Positions 55,958 to 64,000 of a stretch of DNA of 64,000 nt are shown here, piece after piece. This DNA comes from an uncultured Acidobacteriaceae bacterium (GTDB lineage Bacteria > Acidobacteriota > Terriglobia > Terriglobales > Acidobacteriaceae): positions 334,421-398,420 of the forward strand of contig CAWFHH010000002.1 in the NCBI GenBank assembly GCA_963815555.1, written 5' to 3'. Under the pieces are notes generated by a model that saw only the letters and a list, made by a program, of their open reading frames with translations, did not search any database and was not told where the DNA came from. How positions within the stretch are numbered: position 1 is the first letter of the stretch; each line of letters starts with the position of its first letter. Position numbers and translations under genes: made by a program.

Positions 55958-56115
55958 GAGTTTCGTCTTCTAAAGGAGATGCAGAAGACGGGAAATCACG
56001 TTGCTTGCTGCTGGCCGGCGTGAAAGATCCGCTTGGCGGCATCAACTCGATGTGGCCGCTGTTTCGGCATCGCCAACCAGTTACTGGCGACGGCCTCGTC
56101 GAAAGGTACTCATAA

Positions 56116-56136
56116 TGTATATACTATGTGTATACT
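56116..56136 (+). promoter_or_regulatory. AT-rich palindromic boxes upstream of mazE (candidate operator/-10 region)
   Basis: TGTATATACT and TGTGTATACT lie in tandem, containing the palindromes GTATATAC and GTATAC. They are about 20-40 nt upstream of the ATG at 56155. Confidence 0.35.
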
Positions 56137-56154
56137 GAGGAAAGGGAGTGCGCG

Positions 56155-56403
56155 ATGAAAGGGCGGATTACAACCTGGGGGAATAGTCTCGCTATACGCA
56201 TACCGAAGGCCATTGCCGGGGAAGCTCAGTTACGAGAAGGCGATGCGATCGATCTTTGCACCGTCGCTCCCGGCAAGGTACAGATTCGGTTGCTGCCGGC
56301 CATCCCGACGCTGGAAGAATTGGTGTCGAAGATAACCCCTGCCAACCGACATGGAGAAACCAGCAGCGGCCGGAGCGTCGGGCGAGAGTCGGTCGAGTGG
56401 TAG
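56155..56403 (+). CDS. mazE: AbrB/MazE/SpoVT-type antitoxin
   Basis: MKGRITTWGNSLAIRIPKAIAGEAQLREGDAIDL is a swapped-hairpin SpoVT/AbrB motif. Confidence 0.8.
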   Translation: MKGRITTWGNSLAIRIPKAIAGEAQLREGDAIDLCTVAPGKVQIRLLPAIPTLEELVSKITPANRHGETSSGRSVGRESVEW

Positions 56404-56753
56404 TTGCCGCCCGTTCTTATGTGCCGGACGCTGGGGACCTGATATGGCTCGACTTCGATCCGCAAGCGGGCCGGGAACACAAGAAGCGCAGGCCTGCCCT
56501 GGTCTTGACGCCGTTAACCTACAACCGGGCCAGCGGCCTCGCGGTGGTGTGCCCATGTACCTCAGTTTTGAAAGGCTATCCCTTCGAGGTCCATACGACG
56601 GTCGCAGGGCGGCAGGCGGCAATCCTGAGTGACCAGGTGAAGAGTCTGGACTGGCGGGAACGGCATGCGGATCGCATCGGCCGAGCCGACAATGCCGTAG
56701 TCGACAAAGTTCGAGCTTACGTGGCTGTGCTGCTGCAGCTTCCTGGGCGCTGA
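56397..56753 (+). CDS. mazF: MazF/PemK-type endoribonuclease toxin
   Basis: YVPDAGDLIWLDFDPQAGREHKKRRPALVLTP and AVVCPCTS. The GTG start overlaps the mazE stop. An alternative GTG lies at 56421. Confidence 0.8.
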   Translation: MVVAARSYVPDAGDLIWLDFDPQAGREHKKRRPALVLTPLTYNRASGLAVVCPCTSVLKGYPFEVHTTVAGRQAAILSDQVKSLDWRERHADRIGRADNAVVDKVRAYVAVLLQLPGR

Positions 56754-56856
56754 AAACCTCGGCAGATTCGCTGAGCAGCCATGCTGGCGAACCCTTCACG
56801 GCACTCCGGATTAGCTCGGCTGTGGGGCTTTTCTGCTGCTACACTCTCGCCAGACC

Positions 56857-57360
56857 ATGCGGGTGCTCGGCATCGATTGCGGCGGGGAATACACCGGCTA
56901 CGGCGTCGTCGAACAGGATGACGACGGCCATCTCAGGCACGTGGCCAGTGGCGCGATTCGGCTGCTGCCACGCGAAGCGCTGGAACTGCGGCTGAAGAAG
57001 ATCTGCGAGCGTCTGGCCGAAATCATTGCCACCTACGGGCCGGAACAGGTCGCGATTGAAGACGTTTTTTACGCTGTGAATGTGAAGTCCGCGCTCAAGC
57101 TGGGACACGTTCGCGGCGTGGCAATGCTGACCGCGGCCCAGGCTGGGTTGGAAGTTGTGGCGTATTCTCCGCTGTCGATCAAGTCGGCCGTCGTGGGTTA
57201 CGGCCGGGCGGAGAAGTCGCAGGTGCAAATCATGGTCGCCCGTCTGCTCGCACTTGCTGCGCCGCCCGAGCCACCAGATGTAGCCGACGCTCTCGCCATT
57301 GCGATCTGCCATCTTCACACCGCCGGTACTCTGCGGCGGCAGCACGCCGGCGCGCGCTGA
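56857..57360 (+). CDS. ruvC: Holliday junction resolvase RuvC
   Basis: MRVLGIDCGGEYTGYGVV, VAIEDVFY, ADALAIAICH. Confidence 0.9.
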   Translation: MRVLGIDCGGEYTGYGVVEQDDDGHLRHVASGAIRLLPREALELRLKKICERLAEIIATYGPEQVAIEDVFYAVNVKSALKLGHVRGVAMLTAAQAGLEVVAYSPLSIKSAVVGYGRAEKSQVQIMVARLLALAAPPEPPDVADALAIAICHLHTAGTLRRQHAGAR

Positions 57361-57496
57361 ATCGTGCCCCTTCTATGAGCTGCGGTGCAAAGGCGAAACC
57401 GCTGGTCCTAAATCTGAACTGCTTGCGGAAAAAGACCGAAGTGCCTGCGCGCGTGGACTAAAGTCCGCATGGCATATCGAGAATAAAGACCTTAAC

Positions 57497-57522
57497 GGCA
57501 CGACTGAACGTGCCCTGATACA
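57497..57522. repeat. degenerate family-A REP hairpin
   Basis: GGCACGAC-TGAA-CGTGCC-CTGATACA. A nearby GGACTAAAGTCC hairpin lies at 57457-57468. Confidence 0.6.
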
Positions 57523-57776
57523 AGGCTAGTCGGAATGGCTTTTCAGCAGCCTGTGAAAGCCGCGCCCCGATAGAAAGCCGTGTCTTGATAAGGCTGTGCA
57601 GAAACGAGTTTGTGAAGTCTTGGGATGACAGAGAAAAGCTTTATGACGGCGCACCTGAAAGGTCCGCCCCCTCCCAATGCGAAAACACGCTCCTTACAAA
57701 TGCGGCAGAGCAATTTCCGCCAGCTCTCGCTTGCTTCGCAGGTGTTGCTGCAAATCAGTTAGAATTTCCTGTCAGA

Positions 57777-58552
57777 ATGCAATCCAGTCGCCGGGCCGTG
57801 ATTTTTGTAGCAGTGCTGTTGTTCGCGTCCTTGTCCGGCGCCCAGGAGGCAGCCTCTCCAGCGGCCCCGCGAGCCCCCGCGGTTTCGTCCGCTCCTGCAG
57901 AACCGGCACAAGTGAAGTTCCTCTTCGACTGGAACCAGGGAAGGCCGTGGATCAGCTATTCCATCCTGGTGCGGTCGGATGGCAAGGCGCATTTTGATGG
58001 CGATCCTAATCCCGTAGAAGGGGAAGGGGAGGATTCTTTCCAGCAAGACTTCACGGTTTCGGAGGCGAACCGGCAAAAGATCTTCAGCACGGCGAAGAAG
58101 CTGAACTATTTCAATGAAAGCTTCGAATTTCCCAAGAAAATCGCGCAGACGGGCAGGAAGACCTTGGAGTACCAGTCTGCTTCCGGCCACGGCTCTGCCA
58201 CGTACAACTGGTCCGAAAACAAGGACATTCAGGAGTTGACGCGGATCTTTCAGGCAATCGCCACCACGCTGGATTATGGTCGGAAATTGGCGTTTCAGTA
58301 CCGGTTTGACAAGCTTGGCATGGATCAACAGTTGCGCGACCTTGAGCAACTGGTCAGGCCGAAGGCTACATCGAGGAACTGGATGCGATTGAGCCCATCC
58401 TGCAGAAGATCGCCGATGACCCAGCGATCATGCACATCAGCCGTCGGAGCGCCAAACATCTGCTGAAATCGATCAACAGCCCTACTTCAGCGGGCGAGAC
58501 GGCCCAGCCCGTCGGCAGCGCTCCGCCGCCCCAGAGCCCTGAACCTGAGTAG
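57777..58552 (+). pseudogene. secreted hypothetical protein gene with an apparent 1-nt frameshift near 58357
   Basis: The frame from the ATG at 57777 (signal peptide MQSSRRAVIFVAVLLFASLSGAQ) turns into low-quality sequence after ...LRDLEQLVR. Another frame reads EGYIEELDAIEPILQKIADDPAIMHISRRSAKHLL... to a stop at 58550-58552. Confidence 0.55.
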
Positions 58553-58737
58553 GGGCCCGCCTATCAACGCGACACCTAACTTTTACAACTGCGTCGCCGA
58601 ATTTCAGCAACAACGCATCAAAAGGGTGTTAAATAGCTACAGGGAGAAGGAGGGCGGGGGGAGTTCGCCTGATCTGCCTGCTGCTTCTCCGGGGTTCAAG
58701 TCGTAATGGGGCTCCCAGGCCCAAGAGGGGTATAGGG

Positions 58738-60153
58738 ATGGCAACGCGTATGCGGATCGCATTGTCTTTGGCGACGGGCATGTTTTTGCTCTTCGTTGCT
58801 GCTGGAGTGCAAGCTGAGTCACACATCAGAATCGTTCGCCTGAGTTACATCGACGGAAAAGTCGGCATGGAGCGGGCCGGGCAGGGGTTGGAGCGCGCAA
58901 TCCTCAACGCTCCCATTGTGGAAGGGACGGTGCTCGCCACCGGCAGCAGCGGGTTGGCTGAGGTTGAATTCGAAAACCGCAGCACCCTGCGGCTGGCTAG
59001 CGACTCCGAGGTGAAATTCCGTCGCTTGCTGATGAATGACTCCGGCGCGAAGGTCAACGAGATCGAGGTTGTGCACGGTGTCGTCTATCTCAACGCTGAG
59101 AAGAGCGACGATCTGTACACCGTAGCGACGAAAGATGGAAGCTTCCTTGTCCGCAAAGGCACGGAGTTGCGGCTCACCGTCAGCGATGACAAGGCTGAGG
59201 TCGCGGTGTTCAAGGGAGAAGTGCAGGTCCAGAACCAGGCGCAGCCGCTCGAAGTAAAGAAAAAGCAGACGCTGACCCTGACGGCGAATAACGCGAATCC
59301 TATCGTGGTTCCCGGGGTCGACGGGATTTCTTACGACGCCTGGAACAACGAGCGCGAAGCCTACACCAGCGCCTACTCGCAAAATGAATCGACGTTTGGC
59401 AGCGGCCCGGTTCGTGGCTATGGCATGCAAGATTTGAACTACTACGGTTCTTACTTCTATGCACCGGGATACGGGTACGCCTGGCAGCCTTATGGCCTGT
59501 TCGGCATGGCTGGCTGGAATCCTTATATGGCAGGCGCCTGGATGTATAACGCGGGCATGGGCTACAGTTTCGCTTCAGCCTATCCATGGGGTTGGCTGCC
59601 TTACCACTACGGGTCCTGGGCCTACGTACCGAATGCGGGATGGGCGTGGCTGCCGGGCGGCGGGTCCGCTTACAAGGGAACCGCGATGACGACGGCGTTT
59701 CAAGCGGCCCCTAAGATCACGCACGCGCCGGCCGGCTTTGTCGCGCCAGTGCCTCCGGCCAGCATGACGACGCAGCATCAGACGGTAGTGTTGGGACGTG
59801 CCGACACGGCAGCCTCCATTCCTGGAGGTCGCATGCCGCCGAATTTCCGGGCTGTTCTGCCCTCCACCGTGCAGCAGGCGGGCAACGCCAGAGCGGCATC
59901 GGGATCGACGTTTGCCGCCGCGAATACAAAAACTGCCAGCCTGGCGTCAGCGCACAACGAGCTGGCGCGGCCGGTTTCAGGCCATGTATTCATCGCACCG
60001 ACGGCCCGTAACACAGCCGTTGGCGAGCCAATTGGCTGGGGTCCCACGCAAACCGGACTGGCAGGATCGTCGCCCTCCACCCGAAGTATGCCGATGGGGA
60101 CCACGTCAGCCGGTCACGCGACAGGACATGCCGGCTCGGGTTCGCAACACTAA
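58738..60153 (+). CDS. FecR-domain exported protein with a Trp/Tyr/Gly-rich central region
   Basis: Signal peptide. VRLSYIDGKV...GTVLATGSSGLAEVEFENRSTLRLASDSEVKF is FecR-like, followed by YGYAWQPYGLFGMAGWNPYMAGAWMYNAGMGYSF... Confidence 0.7.
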   Translation: MATRMRIALSLATGMFLLFVAAGVQAESHIRIVRLSYIDGKVGMERAGQGLERAILNAPIVEGTVLATGSSGLAEVEFENRSTLRLASDSEVKFRRLLMNDSGAKVNEIEVVHGVVYLNAEKSDDLYTVATKDGSFLVRKGTELRLTVSDDKAEVAVFKGEVQVQNQAQPLEVKKKQTLTLTANNANPIVVPGVDGISYDAWNNEREAYTSAYSQNESTFGSGPVRGYGMQDLNYYGSYFYAPGYGYAWQPYGLFGMAGWNPYMAGAWMYNAGMGYSFASAYPWGWLPYHYGSWAYVPNAGWAWLPGGGSAYKGTAMTTAFQAAPKITHAPAGFVAPVPPASMTTQHQTVVLGRADTAASIPGGRMPPNFRAVLPSTVQQAGNARAASGSTFAAANTKTASLASAHNELARPVSGHVFIAPTARNTAVGEPIGWGPTQTGLAGSSPSTRSMPMGTTSAGHATGHAGSGSQH

Positions 60154-60223
60154 GGGCTCGTTCCTCGGACGATTCCAAGGGTGGCCATCCGGCCACCCTT
60201 TTTCGTTTTGGGGATCGGAAGGT

Positions 60224-61066
60224 TCACTGAACGGCGATTCCCGCGTATCCCACCACCATTTCGCGGTCGTTCGAAACGTCGCCCGACGTGGCGTAGTGAA
60301 GGAGTTGGGCTTGCGACGCTCCTAATCGGCACGCCGCGGTCAGCATGGCTGTAGCCGGTCCGTAGCCGCACATACTGATGTTGTTGTGCTGGACAACATC
60401 GAAGAGCCCACGCGGCTTCAGCGCCAGAACCTGTTCGATCGCTTTGCTGTCTTTTTCGCGCGTGACGACATCGTCTTCGTAATGATTCATGTCGCTGGAG
60501 GCGATAACCAGCACCGGTTCGCCACGGCTCTCCAGGACCCTTGCGATCACGGTGCCGAGCGCACTCAGGACTTCGAAGTTGCCGGTCCCAACCGCGATGG
60601 GGACGAAGTGAAATCCCGGCGCTAACACCTGCAGGAAGGGAAGCTGTACCTCGATGGCGTGTTCATACCGATGGGCGGTGGAGTCTTCCGCGAGCAGCGG
60701 CATTTTTTCCTTGAGGGCTTGCGCCAACTCCTGGTCGATCGCCGCGTCTCCGAGGGGCGTCCTCCATACTCCCTCGCTCATGATGGCCAGCGGCTCACCC
60801 ATGCCGGTGTGATTAGGACACAGAATGACGTAACGGCGCGGAAGTTCCAGGCGCCGATAGACTGTCCCCGCAACGCCTCCGGAATATACATAGCCGGCAT
60901 GGGGGACGATGCAGCCCATCGCACGAAGCTTGGCTTCGGGCCTTCTGGATTCAGCCTCGGCTTCGGCGCGAGGGGTGATAAACGTCTCGATCTCCGCCCG
61001 CAGGTGCTGTGCGTTGGCGGGATAGAAGCGGCCGGCCACGGCAGGAGGTCGCATGATGCTATTCAT
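60224..61066 (-). CDS. AmmeMemoRadiSam system protein B (Memo-like)
   Basis: PPAVAGRFYPANAQHL, GCIVPHAGYVYSG, SSDMNHY. Confidence 0.85.
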   Translation of the reverse strand: MNSIMRPPAVAGRFYPANAQHLRAEIETFITPRAEAEAESRRPEAKLRAMGCIVPHAGYVYSGGVAGTVYRRLELPRRYVILCPNHTGMGEPLAIMSEGVWRTPLGDAAIDQELAQALKEKMPLLAEDSTAHRYEHAIEVQLPFLQVLAPGFHFVPIAVGTGNFEVLSALGTVIARVLESRGEPVLVIASSDMNHYEDDVVTREKDSKAIEQVLALKPRGLFDVVQHNNISMCGYGPATAMLTAACRLGASQAQLLHYATSGDVSNDREMVVGYAGIAVQ

Positions 61067-61152
61067 CTCCTGGCCATCCTTTCCCCGTGCGATGCGCCGC
61101 TTGCGATTAGCGTTTGCTGACGGGAATCCGTCGCACTTGGTTCGCCCGGCCG

Positions 61153-62040
61153 CTATGACGGTCGGAGCTGGCGGAAGATCGCTGCCATTTTGTCCAGGGG
61201 GACAGCCTCGGCGCGAAGGTCAGGCCGCACGCCAGCGGCCTTGAGTGCCGCCTGAACCCTCTTACTGTCCTCCTGCTCACGCAAATTGTTGACCAGGGTT
61301 TTGCGCTTCTGGGCAAAAGCCAGCTTCAGAAAAGCGATAAATGGCTCTTCTTCCACCTGCAACTCCTCCAATCGAGGAGCCATCGTCAGGCGTAACACGC
61401 TGGAATGCACTCCCGGCGGCGGCTGGAACGCACTGGGAGGCAGCGTGAATAGATTGTCGACGCGCGCAAAGAGTTGAGCCGTTGCCGAGAGCAGTCCGTA
61501 GTCTCGCGTGCCGGGCTCGGCGGCAATGCGATCGGCCACTTCGCGCTGCACCATGATGACGGCGCGCGCGATGTTCTGATGCAGTTCCAGCAGCCGCAGC
61601 ACGATGTCGGAAGTGATGTAGTAAGGCAGATTGCCGACCACGTCTACAGTGTCAGCCTGCGTGGGGCGAAGGTCCTGCAAGGGACCGGCTTTACGGCCGA
61701 GCAAGGTGGGGAATTCGACGGTCACGAAATCCGACTCAAGGATTTCGACGTTGTCACGCGTGGCATAGCGCATGCGCAATTGGGCTGCCAGTACCCGGTC
61801 TAACTCCACGCCGATAACGCGGCGCGCGCGTGAAACCAGCAGGTCGGTGAGGATGCCAGGGCCGGGACCAATCTCGATGACGGTGCGATCGGCGATGTCG
61901 CCCAGCGCCTCGACGATCTTCTGCGCGGCCCCGCGATCAACCAGGAAATTCTGCCCGAGCTTGGGCTTGCGTTTTTCCCCACTCACCGCCGTTTTCCCGG
62001 TCACGGTTTTCTCCACATTGACCCTCTTTCGATTGCACAA
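61153..62040 (-). CDS. rsmA: 16S rRNA (adenine1518/1519-N6)-dimethyltransferase
   Basis: KPKLGQNFLVD, VIEIGPGPGILT, VVGNLPYYITS. The start may be a few codons downstream. Confidence 0.9.
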   Translation of the reverse strand: MCNRKRVNVEKTVTGKTAVSGEKRKPKLGQNFLVDRGAAQKIVEALGDIADRTVIEIGPGPGILTDLLVSRARRVIGVELDRVLAAQLRMRYATRDNVEILESDFVTVEFPTLLGRKAGPLQDLRPTQADTVDVVGNLPYYITSDIVLRLLELHQNIARAVIMVQREVADRIAAEPGTRDYGLLSATAQLFARVDNLFTLPPSAFQPPPGVHSSVLRLTMAPRLEELQVEEEPFIAFLKLAFAQKRKTLVNNLREQEDSKRVQAALKAAGVRPDLRAEAVPLDKMAAIFRQLRPS

Positions 62041-62142
62041 TTAGACTCAACTGTTTCGTTGCCTAGGACATCATAAGGGCGTTTGCGTCATCCTGCAGTT
62101 CGGCATGTTCGCGGGGCCGCGCTCCGGGCGTTTGGAGGTTTC

Positions 62143-63594
62143 ATGCATATTGCCTTCGCGGCATCCGAGTGCGTCCCGTTTGCCAAGACCGGCGGACTGG
62201 CAGATGTGGTCGCAGCCTTGCCTCCTGCCCTGGTCAAGCTGGGACACAAGGTTACTGTATTTCTTCCACGTTACAAACAAACCAAGCTGGAGAAACCACG
62301 CCGCGTCATCTCCAGCATCACCGTGCCCTTCGATGACCGTTATCGTTTCTGCTCTTTGATCGACGGCGGCGAGCACGATGGAGTGCAATTCTATTTCATC
62401 GATTATCCACCGTTCTTCGACCGTGATGGCCTCTATGGCACACCTTTAGGCGACTATCACGACAACGCCGAACGTTTTGCGCTGTTCTCGCGCGCCGCCC
62501 TGGAAGCTTCGAAGATCGTCGGCGCTCCCGACCTGTTTCACTGCCACGACTGGCAGACGGCGCTGATCCCGGTGCTGCTGAAGACCCTCTATGCGGAAGA
62601 TCCAGCCTTCAGCAGTACGCCGTGCGTCTTCACCATTCATAACATGGGCTACCAGGGAATTTTCGCGCCCGAGATACTTCCACTGCTGATGCTGCCATGG
62701 GACCTGTTCACCATCACGAAGCTGGAATTTTACGGCAAGGCAAACTTTCTGAAAGGCGCCATCGCGTTCGCCGATTTCATCACAACGGTCAGCCGCAAGT
62801 ATGCACAGGAGATTCAGACGGCGGAATACGGCTTCGGCCTGGAAGGCGTTCTGCGGGCGAGAGCCAGCACGGTGGTGGGAATCCTTAACGGCGTGGACTA
62901 CAGCCAGTGGAATCCCGAGACCGACCCATTCATCGCGGCGCAGTATTGGGTCGATGATCTGCGCGGCAAACAAGCCTGCAAGCAGGACCTGCTGAAAGAG
63001 TTTGGCTTACCTGCCGACACGAAGTTGCCGGTGATCGGAATTGTCTCGCGCTTCGCGGCGCAAAAAGGGTTCGACCTGATTCTGCAGGTGGCTGACCGGC
63101 TGGCGCGCGAAGACGCAATGCTCGTCACGCTCGGAACCGGCGATCGCGAATACGAAGATCTGTTCCGTCGCCTGAACAAGCTGCATCCCCAAAAGTTTGC
63201 GGTAAAGATTGCTTACGACAACCGCCTGGCCCACAAGATCGAAGCGGGCAGTGATATGTTTCTGATGCCCTCGCACTATGAGCCGTGCGGCCTGAACCAG
63301 ATCTACAGCCTGCGCTACGGAACGGTGCCGATCGTGCGCGCCACCGGTGGCCTTGACGATACGATTGAGCAATTCGATCCGCACACGCTCAAGGGCACCG
63401 GCTTCAAGTTCAAGGAGTACACCGGCGAAGCGCTGCTGGAAACCATTCGTGCGGCTCTTGGCGCCTTCAAAAATCAAAACGCGTGGCAGGCCTTGATGCG
63501 CAACGGCATGGTGCAGGAATACTCGTGGGCCAGCGCAGCCAAAGAATACGTGAAGGTCTACGAGCGCGCCAGGCAGGGCAAAACGGGCGGATAG
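62143..63594 (+). CDS. glgA: glycogen synthase
   Basis: MHIAFAASECVPFAKTGGLADVV, HCHDWQTAL, PSHYEPCGLNQIYSLRYGT. Confidence 0.9.
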   Translation: MHIAFAASECVPFAKTGGLADVVAALPPALVKLGHKVTVFLPRYKQTKLEKPRRVISSITVPFDDRYRFCSLIDGGEHDGVQFYFIDYPPFFDRDGLYGTPLGDYHDNAERFALFSRAALEASKIVGAPDLFHCHDWQTALIPVLLKTLYAEDPAFSSTPCVFTIHNMGYQGIFAPEILPLLMLPWDLFTITKLEFYGKANFLKGAIAFADFITTVSRKYAQEIQTAEYGFGLEGVLRARASTVVGILNGVDYSQWNPETDPFIAAQYWVDDLRGKQACKQDLLKEFGLPADTKLPVIGIVSRFAAQKGFDLILQVADRLAREDAMLVTLGTGDREYEDLFRRLNKLHPQKFAVKIAYDNRLAHKIEAGSDMFLMPSHYEPCGLNQIYSLRYGTVPIVRATGGLDDTIEQFDPHTLKGTGFKFKEYTGEALLETIRAALGAFKNQNAWQALMRNGMVQEYSWASAAKEYVKVYERARQGKTGG

Positions 63595-63665
63595 CTCCTA
63601 GGAAGCGACTAGCGGCTAGCAACTAAGTGCAGTGTGGTTTGCCGTGCCTGCCCTTCCGCTGGAGT

Positions 63666-63918
63666 TGTCATCCCGAGTGAGGACGTCAGTCCGACGAGGG
63701 ACCCGCTGCACCGCAATGTGCGCGATCTTTCCTGCGAGTGCTGGGACCGAGCCGCACTGGATACCATCGCGCTGCGGACGAACCGCAGGTCCCTCACGGC
63801 TGAAGCCGTTCGGGACGACAATTCATAATGACTGCAGGTCCCTCGCGGCTGAAGCCATTCGGGATGACAATTCATAATGACCGCAGGTCCCTCGCGGCTG
63901 AAGCCGTTCGGGATGACA
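63666..63918. repeat. family-C element whose right arm is expanded into three 49-bp tandem units
   Basis: Left arm TGTCATCCCGAGTGAGGACGTCAGTCCGACGAGGGACCCGC at 63666. Right-arm copies lie at 63783-63820, 63832-63869 and 63881-63918, separated by ATTCATAATGA. Confidence 0.8.
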
Positions 63919-64000
63919 ATTCCTCAGTTGATGGCAGCTCCTCCGTTGACGAGGGCGTACCGGGAGCCGCAGCAACGCGTCGCGATTGCTGAATGCTGAA

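Noticed and set aside
60224-61066. I considered whether the Memo-like gene marks a complete AmmeMemoRadiSam system.
   Set aside because: No AMMECR1-like or radical SAM gene is adjacent in this window. Only the B component is present here.

Overview
GC-rich bacterial chromosomal segment. By eye it is about 60% GC; I did not compute this. The gene content (PEP-CTERM proteins, DUF4136, TPR/carboxypeptidase-regulatory-like exported proteins) and the very dense GC-hairpin intergenic repeats suggest Acidobacteriota, which is an inference. I can support about 57 protein genes and one tRNA-Thr(CGU). I saw no rRNA, CRISPR array, integrase or prophage.

Core genes:
- A leucine-catabolism block: acyl-CoA carboxylase beta, HMG-CoA lyase, enoyl-CoA hydratase.
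- serC, panD, scoA/scoB, ilvE, homoserine dehydrogenase, a class-V aminotransferase, ruvC, rsmA/ksgA and glgA.

Envelope and accessory content:
- A TonB receptor / YfiR / CHASE8-type histidine kinase module.
- Two PEP-CTERM proteins and a mazEF pair.
- A thioester alpha-2-macroglobulin locus with a DUF1175 partner, facing a convergent PBP-transpeptidase/SpoIID operon.

Loci most worth a second look:
1. 9553-12384: an operon with a divergent Lgt, a LamG protein carrying a lipobox, a coiled-coil/Cys-Pro protein and a short LspA. It reads as a self-contained lipoprotein-maturation cassette.
2. 29579-33519: a translationally coupled serC / CAT-fold acyltransferase / cytochrome P450 / small GNAT-like operon.
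3. 37900-38424: a REP-associated tyrosine transposase (RAYT) with flanking REP arrays, sitting between scoA and scoB. scoA also shows a 3' frameshift.
4. 35742-35848: a heptanucleotide tandem array of 13 core units (15 with two degenerate leading units), ending 15 nt upstream of a start codon.
5. 27031-27171 and 28649-28790: 141-bp direct repeats (gene 3' end plus terminator) bracketing a membrane-protein gene.
6. At least five unrelated structured repeat families fill intergenic gaps and split operons. One example is a 716-bp repeat block between DUF1175 and the macroglobulin gene.

Limits: start codons were chosen by eye from signal peptides, RBS-like motifs and overlaps, and may be off by some codons. 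All family assignments come from motif recognition in the translations, not from searches.
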